From the NCBI GenBank assembly GCA_018432235.1, contig JAHDLO010000015.1:262798-286797 (forward strand): a stretch of DNA of 24,000 nt. The letters are read 5' to 3'. Positions within the stretch are counted from its first letter, which is position 1. Each line of letters begins with the position of its first letter. This document shows, piece by piece, positions 7,925-17,076 of this stretch. The notes beneath the pieces were generated by a model. That model had not been told where the DNA came from. It saw nothing but the letters and a program-made list of their open reading frames with translations, and made no database searches. Position numbers and translations under genes: made by a program. The DNA is from Clostridiaceae bacterium. Lineage in GTDB: Bacteria > Bacillota > Clostridia > Peptostreptococcales > Natronincolaceae.

Positions 7925-9068
7925 TATGTTATCTCAAGAGGAAATTGATGCCCTACTGAATGGCGCAGGCTTAGATAATACAACAAGTGACGATTATATC
8001 GAATTTACAGACGACGAAAAAGATACGATAGGTGAAATAGGTAACATCAGTATGGGAACAGCCGCCACAACCTTGTCAACCTTGCTTGGCAACCGTGTAA
8101 ATATCACCACACCAAAGGTTTCTATACTTAGTGTCGATGATCTGGCTAAAAATTATCCCCTTCCCTTCGTGGTAGTCGACGTAAAATACAAGGAGGGACT
8201 TGAGGGCTTAAACGTTCTGATACTTAAGGAAGAGGATGTAAAGATAATTACGGATTTGATGATGGGCGGTACAGGCGTTGCTTCCACTGAGCCTTTGTCT
8301 GAAATTCATATGAGTGCCATCAGTGAAGCCATGAACCAAATGGTAGGTTCAGCATCCACCTCATTATCAGAAATGTTTTCAAAAAAAATCGATATATATC
8401 CACCTCGGGTTTATAATATCGCTTTAAATGCGGAGGATTTCGTTGATCTATTCCCAGAGTTTACTATGAGCTTTGTGAGAATATCCTTTAAGATGGTGGT
8501 GGGTGATTTAATCGATAGCGAAATAATGCAGCTGATTCCCTTGGATTTTGGAAAGGAGATGGTGAATAAGTTGTTAGGTGGTCTTGAAACCTCAAATACA
8601 GCTCCCCAGCCTGCGCCTCAAAGGCAGCAGCCTATAACGGAGACAAAGCCAATGCAGGAGGTCAGACAGCAGCAGCCACAACACCAACAGCACGCACCTT
8701 CAGCTCCTCAGGAGTATTATGCACCACAGCCTCAAAGACAGATGAATGCACCGGTGAATGTTCAACCGGCACAATTCCAGTCCTTTGACACTAATACCAA
8801 TAGAAACGTACCGGAAAATATCGAGCTGATCCAGGACGTTCCGCTAAAAGTCACAGTCGAATTAGGTCGTACAGTAAAACGCATCAGCGAAATACTAGAA
8901 TTTGGACCAGGCACCATTGTAGAGTTGGATAGACTGGTGGGTGAACCCCTGGACATTCTAGTTAACGGTCAAAACGTTGCAAAGGGCGAGGTAGTGGTTA
9001 TCGATGAAAACTATGGCATTAGAATAACTGACATAGTTAGTGCTTCAAAACGCTTTTCAAAGCTATAG
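7917..9068 (+). CDS. fliY: Flagellar switch protein/CheY-P phosphatase FliY (CheC-like domain plus FliN C-terminal domain)
   Basis: It overlaps fliM by 8 nt, with SD AAAGGAGA (7901-7908). The N-terminus has LSQEEIDALLNG. Two CheC-type active-site motifs are present: DTIGEIGN and SAISEAMN (D/S-x3-E-x2-N). A P/Q-rich linker separates these from a C-terminal FliN/SpoA domain (VPLKVTVELGRTVKRISEILEFGPGTIVELDRLVGEPLDILVNGQNVAKGEVVVIDENYGIRITDIV). Confidence 0.92.
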   Translation: MSDMLSQEEIDALLNGAGLDNTTSDDYIEFTDDEKDTIGEIGNISMGTAATTLSTLLGNRVNITTPKVSILSVDDLAKNYPLPFVVVDVKYKEGLEGLNVLILKEEDVKIITDLMMGGTGVASTEPLSEIHMSAISEAMNQMVGSASTSLSEMFSKKIDIYPPRVYNIALNAEDFVDLFPEFTMSFVRISFKMVVGDLIDSEIMQLIPLDFGKEMVNKLLGGLETSNTAPQPAPQRQQPITETKPMQEVRQQQPQHQQHAPSAPQEYYAPQPQRQMNAPVNVQPAQFQSFDTNTNRNVPENIELIQDVPLKVTVELGRTVKRISEILEFGPGTIVELDRLVGEPLDILVNGQNVAKGEVVVIDENYGIRITDIVSASKRFSKL

Positions 9069-9140
9069 ATAATTATAGAGCAGAAGTCCTATACAAAGTA
9101 GAAAATTATCGAACTAAGTGTTAAAAAATGTCGAAGCCTA

Positions 9141-9170
9141 TTGAACATAGTAGAAGAATCGATATATAAT
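9141..9170 (+). promoter_or_regulatory. Candidate sigma-A-type internal promoter upstream of cheY
   Basis: TTGAAC (9141-9146), an 18-nt spacer, then TATAAT (9165-9170). Alternatively TATATA at 9163-9168 gives a 16-nt spacer. It lies in the only long (189 nt) AT-rich intergenic gap in the window. This is motif-level evidence only. Confidence 0.35.
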
Positions 9171-9257
9171 ACCATTAAGGAAAGAATGATAAAGGATTTT
9201 TCTTTCACAAAAATTAAAGTTTCATATTAAAACACAGCTTTGAGGAGGAGTAAACTA

Positions 9258-9620
9258 ATGTCAAAAGGAATTTTAGTCGTTGATGATGCAGCTTTCATGA
9301 GAATGATGGTTAAGGATGTATTAGTTAAGAATGGATTCGAGGTAATCGGTGAAGCAGAAAATGGTGCAAGAGCCATAGAAAAGTTTAAGGAGCTTAACCC
9401 TGCATTAACTATTATGGACATCACAATGCCAGAAATAGATGGTATTCAGGCGGTCAAGGAAATTAAAAAAATTGATCCCAATGCAAAGGTGATCATGTGC
9501 TCGGCTATGGGTCAGCAGGCAATGGTAATTGAAGCCATTCAAGCTGGTGCAAAGGATTTTATAGTAAAGCCCTTCCAGGCGGATCGTGTCATCGAGGCAG
9601 TTAAAAAGGTTATGGGTTAA
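9258..9620 (+). CDS. cheY: Chemotaxis response regulator CheY
   Basis: The ATG at 9258 lies 7 nt after SD GGAGGAG (9244-9250). The track's TTG at 9240 would overlap the SD. This is a 120-aa single receiver domain with the acidic pocket VVDDAAFMR, the phospho-acceptor motif MDITMP, and the conserved KPF. Confidence 0.95.
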   Translation: MSKGILVVDDAAFMRMMVKDVLVKNGFEVIGEAENGARAIEKFKELNPALTIMDITMPEIDGIQAVKEIKKIDPNAKVIMCSAMGQQAMVIEAIQAGAKDFIVKPFQADRVIEAVKKVMG

Positions 9621-9623
9621 CCT

Positions 9624-10019
9624 ATGCCTGCTGACTTTTACTCAATAGTTATGTTGTTATTTGCCATCGGTCTGGTGGTAGTGATGGCATTTGCAACAAC
9701 ATATATTATCGGTAAAAAATCGAATGCCATAATGAGAAATCCAGGCGTCAAGGTGCTGGAAAGGGCCTCTATCGGCTTTCAAATCAACATTTATGTCCTT
9801 CTAATCAACGGCAAGGTATATATTTTAGCAATTCAAAATAAGAGCACTCAGCTGCTGGATGTCATCGATGCAAAGGAATGGTTTGAGAAAAAGCAGGAAT
9901 TTGATCTTGAGGCGTTACATACTGGCCTTCCAATGGAAAATCCCATGGATGCCGTATCAGCCTATTTGAAAAAATACGTCAAAATGCCCAACAGAAAAAA
10001 AGGTGATGATTTAAAATAA
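9624..10019 (+). CDS. fliO: Flagellar export apparatus protein FliO (FliZ in B. subtilis nomenclature)
   Basis: It has one N-terminal TM (IVMLLFAIGLVVVMAFATTYIIG) followed by the FliO-like segment VKVLERASIGFQINIYVLLINGKVYILAIQNKSTQLL. It sits between cheY and fliP. The SD is weak. Confidence 0.7.
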   Translation: MPADFYSIVMLLFAIGLVVVMAFATTYIIGKKSNAIMRNPGVKVLERASIGFQINIYVLLINGKVYILAIQNKSTQLLDVIDAKEWFEKKQEFDLEALHTGLPMENPMDAVSAYLKKYVKMPNRKKGDDLK

Positions 10020-10813
10020 TGGAAACGAAGCTGATAAAAATACAAAAACACAAAAACACAAGGGTGTACCTAATGCTGCTGTTAGTTGGATTATTTTTTA
10101 TCATGGGCCTGCAGCAGGTAAGTGCTCAGTCCACCTTACCGATACCTCAGATAGGGATTAACATTGATGAAGCCCAAAACCCACAGGAGGTTACAACCTC
10201 ATTGCAGCTGCTGTTTTTACTGACCATACTATCCATTGCACCTGCGATACTTATAATGATGACCAGCTTTACCAGGATAATCATCGTATTATCCTTTTTA
10301 AGAAATGCAATAGCAACTCAGCAAACACCACCAACGCAGATAATTATTGGACTTGCCTTATTTTTGACCTTTTTTGTAATGGCACCCATTGCTTCAGAAA
10401 TCAATCAGAATGCAATTCAGCCCTATCTTGCTGAGGAATTAACACAATCAGAGGCTCTGGAGCTGGGGATGAAACCCCTGAGAGAATTTATGTTTCGTCA
10501 AACAAGGGAAAAGGACCTGGCATTATTTATAGAAATTTCAAACGCAGAGGTTCCAAATGAATTGGAGGATATTTCAACCACTAACCTTATACCAGCCTTT
10601 ATCATCAGTGAATTGAAGACAGCCTTTCAAATAGGATTTGTTTTATTTATACCCTTTATTGTTATCGATATGGTTGTAGCCAGTACCCTTATGTCAATGG
10701 GTATGATGATGCTGCCACCGGCGATGATATCATTACCCTTTAAGCTGTTGCTTTTTATTATGGTAGACGGTTGGAATGTGATTATTCGTTCCTTAATCTT
10801 AGGATTCAAATAG
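10019..10813 (+). CDS. fliP: Flagellar type III export apparatus protein FliP
   Basis: The conserved core MMTSFTRIIIVLSFLRNAIATQQTPPTQIIIGLALFLTFFVMAP is present. The N-terminus looks like a signal peptide (LMLLLVGLFFIMGLQQVSAQ). The ATG overlaps the fliO stop (TAATG). An alternative start at 10073 has its own SD-like AAGGGTG. Confidence 0.93.
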   Translation: METKLIKIQKHKNTRVYLMLLLVGLFFIMGLQQVSAQSTLPIPQIGINIDEAQNPQEVTTSLQLLFLLTILSIAPAILIMMTSFTRIIIVLSFLRNAIATQQTPPTQIIIGLALFLTFFVMAPIASEINQNAIQPYLAEELTQSEALELGMKPLREFMFRQTREKDLALFIEISNAEVPNELEDISTTNLIPAFIISELKTAFQIGFVLFIPFIVIDMVVASTLMSMGMMMLPPAMISLPFKLLLFIMVDGWNVIIRSLILGFK

Positions 10814-10823
10814 GAGTGATTTT

Positions 10824-11093
10824 ATGAATGAAGCAATGGTTATAGAGCTTGGTCAACAGGCGATGTTTACAATTTTGATTTTATCTGCACCCATGCTGGG
10901 GATTGGATTATTAGTTGGTTTAGCTGTCAGTATATTTCAAGCTACTACACAAATACAGGAGGCTACTCTGGCCTTTATACCCAAAATTGTAGCTATTTTT
11001 GCTGCTATCGTAATTTTCGGGCCATGGCTGCTGTCGGTAATAATCAACTACACCACCAGGCTCTTTGCTAATTTAAGCAGCTTTATTTCCTAG
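10824..11093 (+). CDS. fliQ: Flagellar type III export apparatus protein FliQ
   Basis: 89 aa with two TM segments. The conserved segment SIFQATTQIQEATLAFIPKIVA is present. SD TAGGAGTGA (10811-10819). Confidence 0.92.
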   Translation: MNEAMVIELGQQAMFTILILSAPMLGIGLLVGLAVSIFQATTQIQEATLAFIPKIVAIFAAIVIFGPWLLSVIINYTTRLFANLSSFIS

Positions 11094-11100
11094 GACTTAT

Positions 11101-11883
11101 ATGGATAATTTATTGGATTTTATCCTTGTAAATCTCAATATTTTTATACTGATAGTAGTAAGGATAACAGGAATATTTGTGGCAGCCCCAATCTTTGCAC
11201 GAAACAATCTACCAGCACTGATGAAAATCGGTTTATCTGTTACAATAGCCTTTATTATGCTGCCATTACTGCAGGAGAACAGTCAATTGGTGATTGACTC
11301 CTTCATACAGTTGTCGGTTTACACAATAAAGGAATTTTTGATAGGCATTTTAATTGGCTTTATAGCCTTTGTTTATTTTTCTTCCATCTATTTGGCAGGG
11401 ACAATTATAGATACACAAATGGGCTTTGGTATGGTGAATGTTTTTGATCCCCAAACCAATACCCAGATTCCCGTAATGGGAAACTTTTATAATAACTTGA
11501 TTTCATTGCTGTTCATTGTTGTTAATGGACATCATCTTCTGATAAAAGCTTTAGTTAATAGCTATCAAATACTGCCGATAGGCTTTAGTATGAATTTTAA
11601 TATTGAAGCAGTCAATTTGATGACACGAATATTTATTGAAATGTTTATACTGGCAGCAAAATTCAGTGCGCCGGTACTGGTGGCCATTTTTCTTGCCAAT
11701 GTGCTGCTGGGTATATTAGCCAGAACAATGCCCCAGATGAACGTATTTATAGTGGGTCTTCCTCTGAAGATCATTGTGGGGATGGTAACGGTTATTATCT
11801 CATTACGTTATTTAGTTCCCTTCTCAGAGAGACTATTTGAAAGAATACTTGTTATGATATATGAAATGCTACAAATCCTATAA
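11101..11883 (+). CDS. fliR: Flagellar type III export apparatus protein FliR
   Basis: A 260-aa polytopic membrane protein located between fliQ and flhB. It carries FliR-like motifs (IVVRITGIFVAAPIF, GLPLKIIVG). Confidence 0.9.
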   Translation: MDNLLDFILVNLNIFILIVVRITGIFVAAPIFARNNLPALMKIGLSVTIAFIMLPLLQENSQLVIDSFIQLSVYTIKEFLIGILIGFIAFVYFSSIYLAGTIIDTQMGFGMVNVFDPQTNTQIPVMGNFYNNLISLLFIVVNGHHLLIKALVNSYQILPIGFSMNFNIEAVNLMTRIFIEMFILAAKFSAPVLVAIFLANVLLGILARTMPQMNVFIVGLPLKIIVGMVTVIISLRYLVPFSERLFERILVMIYEMLQIL

Positions 11884-11896
11884 AAGGGTTGATGAC

Positions 11897-13003
11897 ATGG
11901 AATTGGAATTATTAATTGATTTACAGCTTTTTTCAGAGGAAAAGACTGAGGAGCCTACCCAGAAAAAGATTAAGGAGTCAAGAGAAAAGGGACAGGTGCT
12001 TCAGAGTAAGGAAGTAAATTCAGCATTTATGCTTTTAGGCGCCTTTATATCCCTGAGGCTGCTGGGGGGATTTTTAGGCAATATAATTCAGAGATTAACC
12101 CTATATGTTTATGAGGAATATCTCAATATCAACTACTTATTTTCCATTACCAATATCTATAAGCTTATGCTTACGGCGTTGTATTATATGATGATGATGA
12201 TTATACCTTTAGCTGCGATTTGCCTTATTATTGGTTTGGTATGCAGCTATATGCAGGTAGGATATCTATTTACCACTAAGACCCTTGAGGTCAAATTTAG
12301 CAAGCTGAATCCCATCGAGGGCTTTAAACGGATGTTTTCTATGAAATCGGTCTTCGAGCTGGTAAAATCCCTCATCAAGATCGTTTTCGTCGGCATGGTG
12401 GTATTTAATTATGCAGAGGGACAGCTGGACACCATATTCAACACCATGTCAATGGATACAGTGCTGATTATAAAGACCCTGGTGGATCTGACCATACAAA
12501 TAGGCTTAAGAGCGGGAATGGTGCTGGTGGCACTGGCTTTGCTGGATTATCTTTACCAAAGATATGAGCATAATAAGGGCTTGAAGATGACAAAGCAGGA
12601 GGTAAAGGAAGAATATAAGCAGGTTGAGGGTAACCCACAGATTAAATCAAAGATTAAGGAAAAGCAGCGGCAGATATCTATGCGACGAATGATGCAGGAT
12701 GTGCCAAAGGCGGATGTTATCATAACAAACCCGACACACTTTGCAATAGCTATAAAATATGATCCAAGTATCTCCGATGCGCCGTTGGTGGTGGCAAAGG
12801 GTATGGATATTATCGCTCAGAGAATAAAGGAAATAGCCTCTGAAAACAATGTGCCCATGGTGGAAAACAAACCATTGGCCAGAAGCCTATATGACGCGGT
12901 TCAAGTAGGACAGATTATACCACAGGATATGTATCAGGCTGTGGCAGAGGTATTAGCTTACGTATATCAAATCAACAATAGGACTAAGGGGGCCAAGCTA
13001 TGA
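11897..13003 (+). CDS. flhB: Flagellar type III export switch protein FlhB
   Basis: The track start at 11861 overlaps the fliR 3' end. The ATG at 11897 gives the typical N-terminus (LQLFSEEKTEEPTQKKIKESREKGQVLQSKEV). The autocleavage site NPTH is present (ITNPTHFAIAIKY). Confidence 0.95.
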   Translation: MELELLIDLQLFSEEKTEEPTQKKIKESREKGQVLQSKEVNSAFMLLGAFISLRLLGGFLGNIIQRLTLYVYEEYLNINYLFSITNIYKLMLTALYYMMMMIIPLAAICLIIGLVCSYMQVGYLFTTKTLEVKFSKLNPIEGFKRMFSMKSVFELVKSLIKIVFVGMVVFNYAEGQLDTIFNTMSMDTVLIIKTLVDLTIQIGLRAGMVLVALALLDYLYQRYEHNKGLKMTKQEVKEEYKQVEGNPQIKSKIKEKQRQISMRRMMQDVPKADVIITNPTHFAIAIKYDPSISDAPLVVAKGMDIIAQRIKEIASENNVPMVENKPLARSLYDAVQVGQIIPQDMYQAVAEVLAYVYQINNRTKGAKL

Positions 13004-15030
13004 AATTCGGTGACATATTAGTAGTTCTTGCTGTAATCGCCATAGTAATAATGATCATTATACCTATACCATTGGGAGCCCTAGATGTTTTATTGAGCTT
13101 CAATATTTCATTAGCATTATTAATATTGGTAATTGCAATGTATACACAAGAAGCATTGCAATTTTCAATATTCCCCTCCATTTTACTTTTGACTACTCTT
13201 TTCAGGCTGGCCCTTAACATTACCACCACAAGATATATTTTATCCTCCGGTAATGCTGGAAGCCTCATCGACACCTTTGGTAATTTTGTTATGCAGGGGA
13301 ATGCAATCGTGGGCTTTATCGTGTTCTTGATTATTATTATAGTTCAGTTTATGGTTATTACTAAGGGCTCGGAGCGGGTTTCTGAGGTTGCTGCCCGTTT
13401 TACTCTTGATGCTATGCCCGGTAAGCAGATGGCAATAGATGCCGACCTGAATGCAGGCTTAATAGATGATCGAGAGGCAAGGGACAGAAGAAAAAAAATA
13501 CAACGAGAAGCAGACTTTTATGGTGCAATGGATGGTGCCAGTAAATTTGTTAAGGGAGATGCCATTGCGGGTATCATTATAACAGTAATCAATATCATTG
13601 CAGGCTTTATCATTGGTATGGCAATGGGGGGGATGGATTTTTCTACAGCCCTGCAAAAGTATACCCTATTGACTGTAGGAGATGGCTTAGCCAGCCAAAT
13701 TCCATCGCTTTTAATCTCCACTGCCACCGGTATTGTGGTAACCAGAGCTGCCTCAGAGGGCAATCTGGGCAGCGACTTAATCAAGCAGCTCTTCAACCAG
13801 CCTAAGGTTATGTTTATCATCTCAGGTGTGGTATTTGCGATGGGGGCTTTTACACCATTACCCACCTTTCCATTTTTACTGATAGCTGCTGCCTTTTTAT
13901 CCTTAGGGATGAACCTGAGAAAGGCATTGGTGAAGGCGGAGATGGAGGCGGTCATTAATCCCGTTGAAGAAGCTGTGGAGGAAAAAAGAAATCCTGAAAA
14001 TGTTATGCCATTGTTAAATGTTGATCCAATAGAGCTGGAGTTTGGCTATGGGATTATCCCCTTGGCGGACTCAAATCAAGGCGGCGATCTCTTTGATCGT
14101 CTGGTTATGATCAGAAGGCAATGTGCATTAGAGCTGGGGATTATCGTACCTATGATTCGTTTGAGGGATAATATTCAGCTGGAGCCAAACCAATACATAA
14201 TTAAGATAAAAGGCGTTGAAATATCCTCTGGCGCCATTATGTTTGATCACTATTTGGCGATGAATCCCGGCATGGCTGGAGAAGAGCTGGAGGGAATTGA
14301 CACCCAGGAGCCAGCCTTTGGACTGCCGGCAAAATGGATTAATGAGCAGGAACGGGAAAAGGCAGAAATCTATGGGTATACAGTAGTTGATCCACCTTCT
14401 ATTATTGCCACCCATCTGACGGAGATCGTGAAACGAAATGCCCACGAGCTTTTAGGCCGACAGGAGGTCAAGAAGCTGATTGATAATGTGAAGGAAACCA
14501 GTCCGGCATTAGTGGAGGAGCTGATACCTAGCCAGCTGAGCATCGGAGATGTTCAGAAGGTCTTAAAGAACCTTCTTAAGGAGGGTGTATCTATAAGAAA
14601 CATGGTGACAATTCTTGAGACGCTGGCGGATTACTCCGGAATGACAAGAGATACCGATATGCTGACGGAGTATGCCAGACAGGGGCTGGCGAGGGTGATA
14701 TCTAAGCAATTTATACAGCAGCAGCCGGCCAAGGTGATTACCCTGGATCAACAGCTGGAGCAAAGGATTATTGAATCCATTCAGCAGACAGAGAGAGGCA
14801 ACTATATTTCAATTGATCCTGATATCGTACAAAACATAATGTCAAACCTGACAAGACAAATACAAAAGTTCGTTTCTTTAGGAGAGCAGCCGATTGTCAT
14901 TACTGCCCCTATAGTAAGATTGTACTTCAAACGCCTAACAGAGCAATTGACATCGGATTTGGTTGTACTTTCCTATAATGAGGTGGACCCTTCAGTAGAA
15001 ATTGAATCGATAGGGATGGTGAGTATTTAA
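13000..15030 (+). CDS. flhA: Flagellar type III export gate protein FlhA
   Basis: ATGA overlap with the flhB stop, and SD TAAGGGGG (12985-12992). The FHIPEP region is present (ITKGSERVSEVAARFTLDAMPGKQMAIDADLNAG...READFYGAMDGASKFVKGDAIAG). At 676 aa it has the large C-terminal cytoplasmic domain. Confidence 0.97.
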   Translation: MKFGDILVVLAVIAIVIMIIIPIPLGALDVLLSFNISLALLILVIAMYTQEALQFSIFPSILLLTTLFRLALNITTTRYILSSGNAGSLIDTFGNFVMQGNAIVGFIVFLIIIIVQFMVITKGSERVSEVAARFTLDAMPGKQMAIDADLNAGLIDDREARDRRKKIQREADFYGAMDGASKFVKGDAIAGIIITVINIIAGFIIGMAMGGMDFSTALQKYTLLTVGDGLASQIPSLLISTATGIVVTRAASEGNLGSDLIKQLFNQPKVMFIISGVVFAMGAFTPLPTFPFLLIAAAFLSLGMNLRKALVKAEMEAVINPVEEAVEEKRNPENVMPLLNVDPIELEFGYGIIPLADSNQGGDLFDRLVMIRRQCALELGIIVPMIRLRDNIQLEPNQYIIKIKGVEISSGAIMFDHYLAMNPGMAGEELEGIDTQEPAFGLPAKWINEQEREKAEIYGYTVVDPPSIIATHLTEIVKRNAHELLGRQEVKKLIDNVKETSPALVEELIPSQLSIGDVQKVLKNLLKEGVSIRNMVTILETLADYSGMTRDTDMLTEYARQGLARVISKQFIQQQPAKVITLDQQLEQRIIESIQQTERGNYISIDPDIVQNIMSNLTRQIQKFVSLGEQPIVITAPIVRLYFKRLTEQLTSDLVVLSYNEVDPSVEIESIGMVSI

Positions 15031-16172
15031 TGAAGGTTAAAAAATTCAGTGGTGCCGATAATCATGAGGCCATGATGAAGGTAAGGGCTGAGCTGGGTAT
15101 AAACGCGGTAATACTGCACCAACGAAGGGTTAAGCCAAGGGGCGTTTTTGGTTTCCTCAAGAAGCCCATCATAGAGGTAGTGGCTGCTGTAGAAGAGTCA
15201 GTGCCTCAGGCAGCGGCGGCAGCTCAGATTCTCAAGCCTTCACCTCCAAAATCACCTGAGGATCAGCTTAAGTCAAGAGTCAGTACCAGGTCCAATGCGA
15301 TAAAGTCAGTGGACGACACCCTGTCCAAGGAGATAAACGAAATCAAGACAATGCTCTCAGCTGTTGCAAAAAGTGTGAACCACGAGGGCTTGCCGGATAT
15401 ACTAAAAAATAACGACAATCAGGAGCTGAGGTTGATATATGATGCCCTTAAGGCCCAGGAAATTGAGGAGGAGATTATGGAATACATCCTTAAGGATTTA
15501 GCTGACTCCCCCGATAGCCAAAGCGTCCATTTCAAATTCCGTGACTTTATTAATAAATATGTGATGGAGAAGACCAGGAAGTCCGGCTCAAAGGTAATTT
15601 TCTTCGTGGGACCTACTGGTGTAGGCAAAACAACAACCATTGCAAAATTAGCGGCGAATTACGCCTTAAACGAGGGAAAAACCGTCGGACTTATCAGTGC
15701 CGACACCTACAGAATAGCCGCTGTTGAACAGCTCAGAACCTACTGTGATATTCTGAGTCTGCCGATAGAGGTAATTTACGAGGCTAAGGAAATCCATGGT
15801 GCAATAGAAAAATTTAAGGGTAAGGACTTAATACTTGTTGACACCGCCGGCAGGAGTCATAAAAATGAGCTTCAGATAAAGGAGCTTCAGTATCTTTTAA
15901 ATGAGGTTGAGGATAAGGAAATATATCTGGTGGTCAGCTGTACCTCCAAAAACAGCGATTTGAGAGAAATCGTTAAAACCTATGATTTTATAAGGGATTA
16001 CAAGCTCATTCTCACCAAGCTGGATGAAGCAACCACCTATGGTACCATTATAAATACGGCGATTCATACCCAAAGACCCCTTTCTTATATCACTACTGGA
16101 CAAAGCGTGCCGGACGATATTGAAATTATAAGTGCTGATAAAATTGTAAGCCTTTTATTAGAGGGGGCTTAA
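15030..16172 (+). CDS. flhF: Flagellar SRP-type GTPase FlhF
   Basis: TAATG overlap with flhA. The N-terminal B-domain is followed by an NG domain with G1 GPTGVGKTTT, G3 DTAGR and G4 TKLD. Confidence 0.92.
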   Translation: MKVKKFSGADNHEAMMKVRAELGINAVILHQRRVKPRGVFGFLKKPIIEVVAAVEESVPQAAAAAQILKPSPPKSPEDQLKSRVSTRSNAIKSVDDTLSKEINEIKTMLSAVAKSVNHEGLPDILKNNDNQELRLIYDALKAQEIEEEIMEYILKDLADSPDSQSVHFKFRDFINKYVMEKTRKSGSKVIFFVGPTGVGKTTTIAKLAANYALNEGKTVGLISADTYRIAAVEQLRTYCDILSLPIEVIYEAKEIHGAIEKFKGKDLILVDTAGRSHKNELQIKELQYLLNEVEDKEIYLVVSCTSKNSDLREIVKTYDFIRDYKLILTKLDEATTYGTIINTAIHTQRPLSYITTGQSVPDDIEIISADKIVSLLLEGA

Positions 16173-16176
16173 ATTG

Positions 16177-17061
16177 ATGCAGGATCAAGCAACCAGACTT
16201 AGAGAACTAATTAAACAGAAAAAGAATACCGGCATTATCAAGGCTTCAGATGGACCCAGAGCTAGAGTAATCTGTGTTACCAGTGGCAAGGGGGGCGTAG
16301 GTAAAACGAACTTTACTTTAAATCTTGCCATAGCCCTAAGCAAGCAAAACTATAGCGTGATCATACTGGATGCAGACTTAGGTCTCTCAAATATAGATAT
16401 TGTTATGGGTATAATGCCTAAATATACCCTTCAGGATGTTATAAACGGCAGCAAGGAGCTGCGAGAGGTAATCGTCACGGGGCCAAATGGGATAAAGCTG
16501 ATTTCCGGCGGCTCAGGGATATTAGAGCTTGTAGATATGCCTGAGACAAGAATTCAGTCCTTGGTTGAAAAGCTAGAGGAAATCAACAGCATGGCTGATA
16601 TTATTTTGATTGATACAGGAGCGGGCCTGTCAAAGTCGGTGATGTCCTTTGTTATGGCAGCTGATGAAGTCATTATTGTCGCCACACCTGAGCCAACCTC
16701 CATCACCGATGCCTATGCCATGATAAAAACCATTGGCATGAAGGAACGGGGTAAACGATTAAAGCTGTTGATCAATCGCGTGGAAAATCTGAATGAGGGG
16801 AAGATCACCTTCGATAAGCTGAGGCTGGCTTCGGAGAAATTTCTAAATATCCAAATAGAAAAGCTGGGGTACTTGACGGAGGACATTAATGTCAGCAGAT
16901 CAGTTAAGCTTCAAAACCCCTTTTTAATACAGTTTCCCAATGCCTCAATCAGTAAAAACATAGAAAATATAGCATTAAAGCTGACGAACGAAAACTATAC
17001 CGATGATGCTCTAGCAACAAACAAAGGATTTTTCAATCGTATAGTCAGCTTATTTAGATAA
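16177..17061 (+). CDS. flhG: MinD/ParA-type ATPase FlhG (YlxH), flagellar number/placement regulator
   Basis: The start is ATG 16177, or TTG 16174 as in the track, downstream of SD GAGGGGG (16161-16167). The N-terminal FlhF-activating motif DQATRLR is present, along with the deviant Walker A SGKGGVGKT. A C-terminal amphipathic helix (FFNRIVSLFR) is consistent with a membrane-targeting sequence. Confidence 0.9.
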   Translation: MQDQATRLRELIKQKKNTGIIKASDGPRARVICVTSGKGGVGKTNFTLNLAIALSKQNYSVIILDADLGLSNIDIVMGIMPKYTLQDVINGSKELREVIVTGPNGIKLISGGSGILELVDMPETRIQSLVEKLEEINSMADIILIDTGAGLSKSVMSFVMAADEVIIVATPEPTSITDAYAMIKTIGMKERGKRLKLLINRVENLNEGKITFDKLRLASEKFLNIQIEKLGYLTEDINVSRSVKLQNPFLIQFPNASISKNIENIALKLTNENYTDDALATNKGFFNRIVSLFR

Positions 17062-17076
17062 GGGGTGGATTTTATT

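Noticed and set aside
8592-8802. CAG/CCA-rich low-complexity DNA in fliY (P/Q-rich linker). Similar Q/E/T/A-rich stretches occur in fliK (about 1700-2600).
   Set aside because: These are not true tandem DNA repeats. They encode disordered linker or ruler regions expected for FliY and FliK. No periodic unit could be identified.
9128-9169. A 13-codon mini-ORF (MSKPIEHSRRIDI) in the fliY-cheY gap, considered as a possible leader peptide.
   Set aside because: It has no SD upstream and overlaps the candidate promoter boxes. The MSK resemblance to the cheY N-terminus is too short to mean anything.
9069-9257. A possible c-di-GMP or other riboswitch in the long gap before cheY.
   Set aside because: I could not recognise any conserved riboswitch core by eye. 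The region is very AT-rich and has only one weak 7-bp hairpin. A covariance-model scan is needed before any such claim.
13518-13955. Long minus-strand ORFs in the track. Examples are 13518..13955 (145 aa), 19645..20034 (129 aa), 5814..6209 (131 aa), 17958..18305 (115 aa), 14128..14445, 7532..7834 and 5113..5412.
   Set aside because: Each lies entirely antisense to a strongly recognisable conserved gene (flhA, cheA, motA, cheB, fliM, flgE). Their composition is the Ser/Ile/Leu-rich low-complexity pattern typical of the reverse complement of GAA/AAG-rich coding sequence. None has a convincing SD or recognisable motifs.
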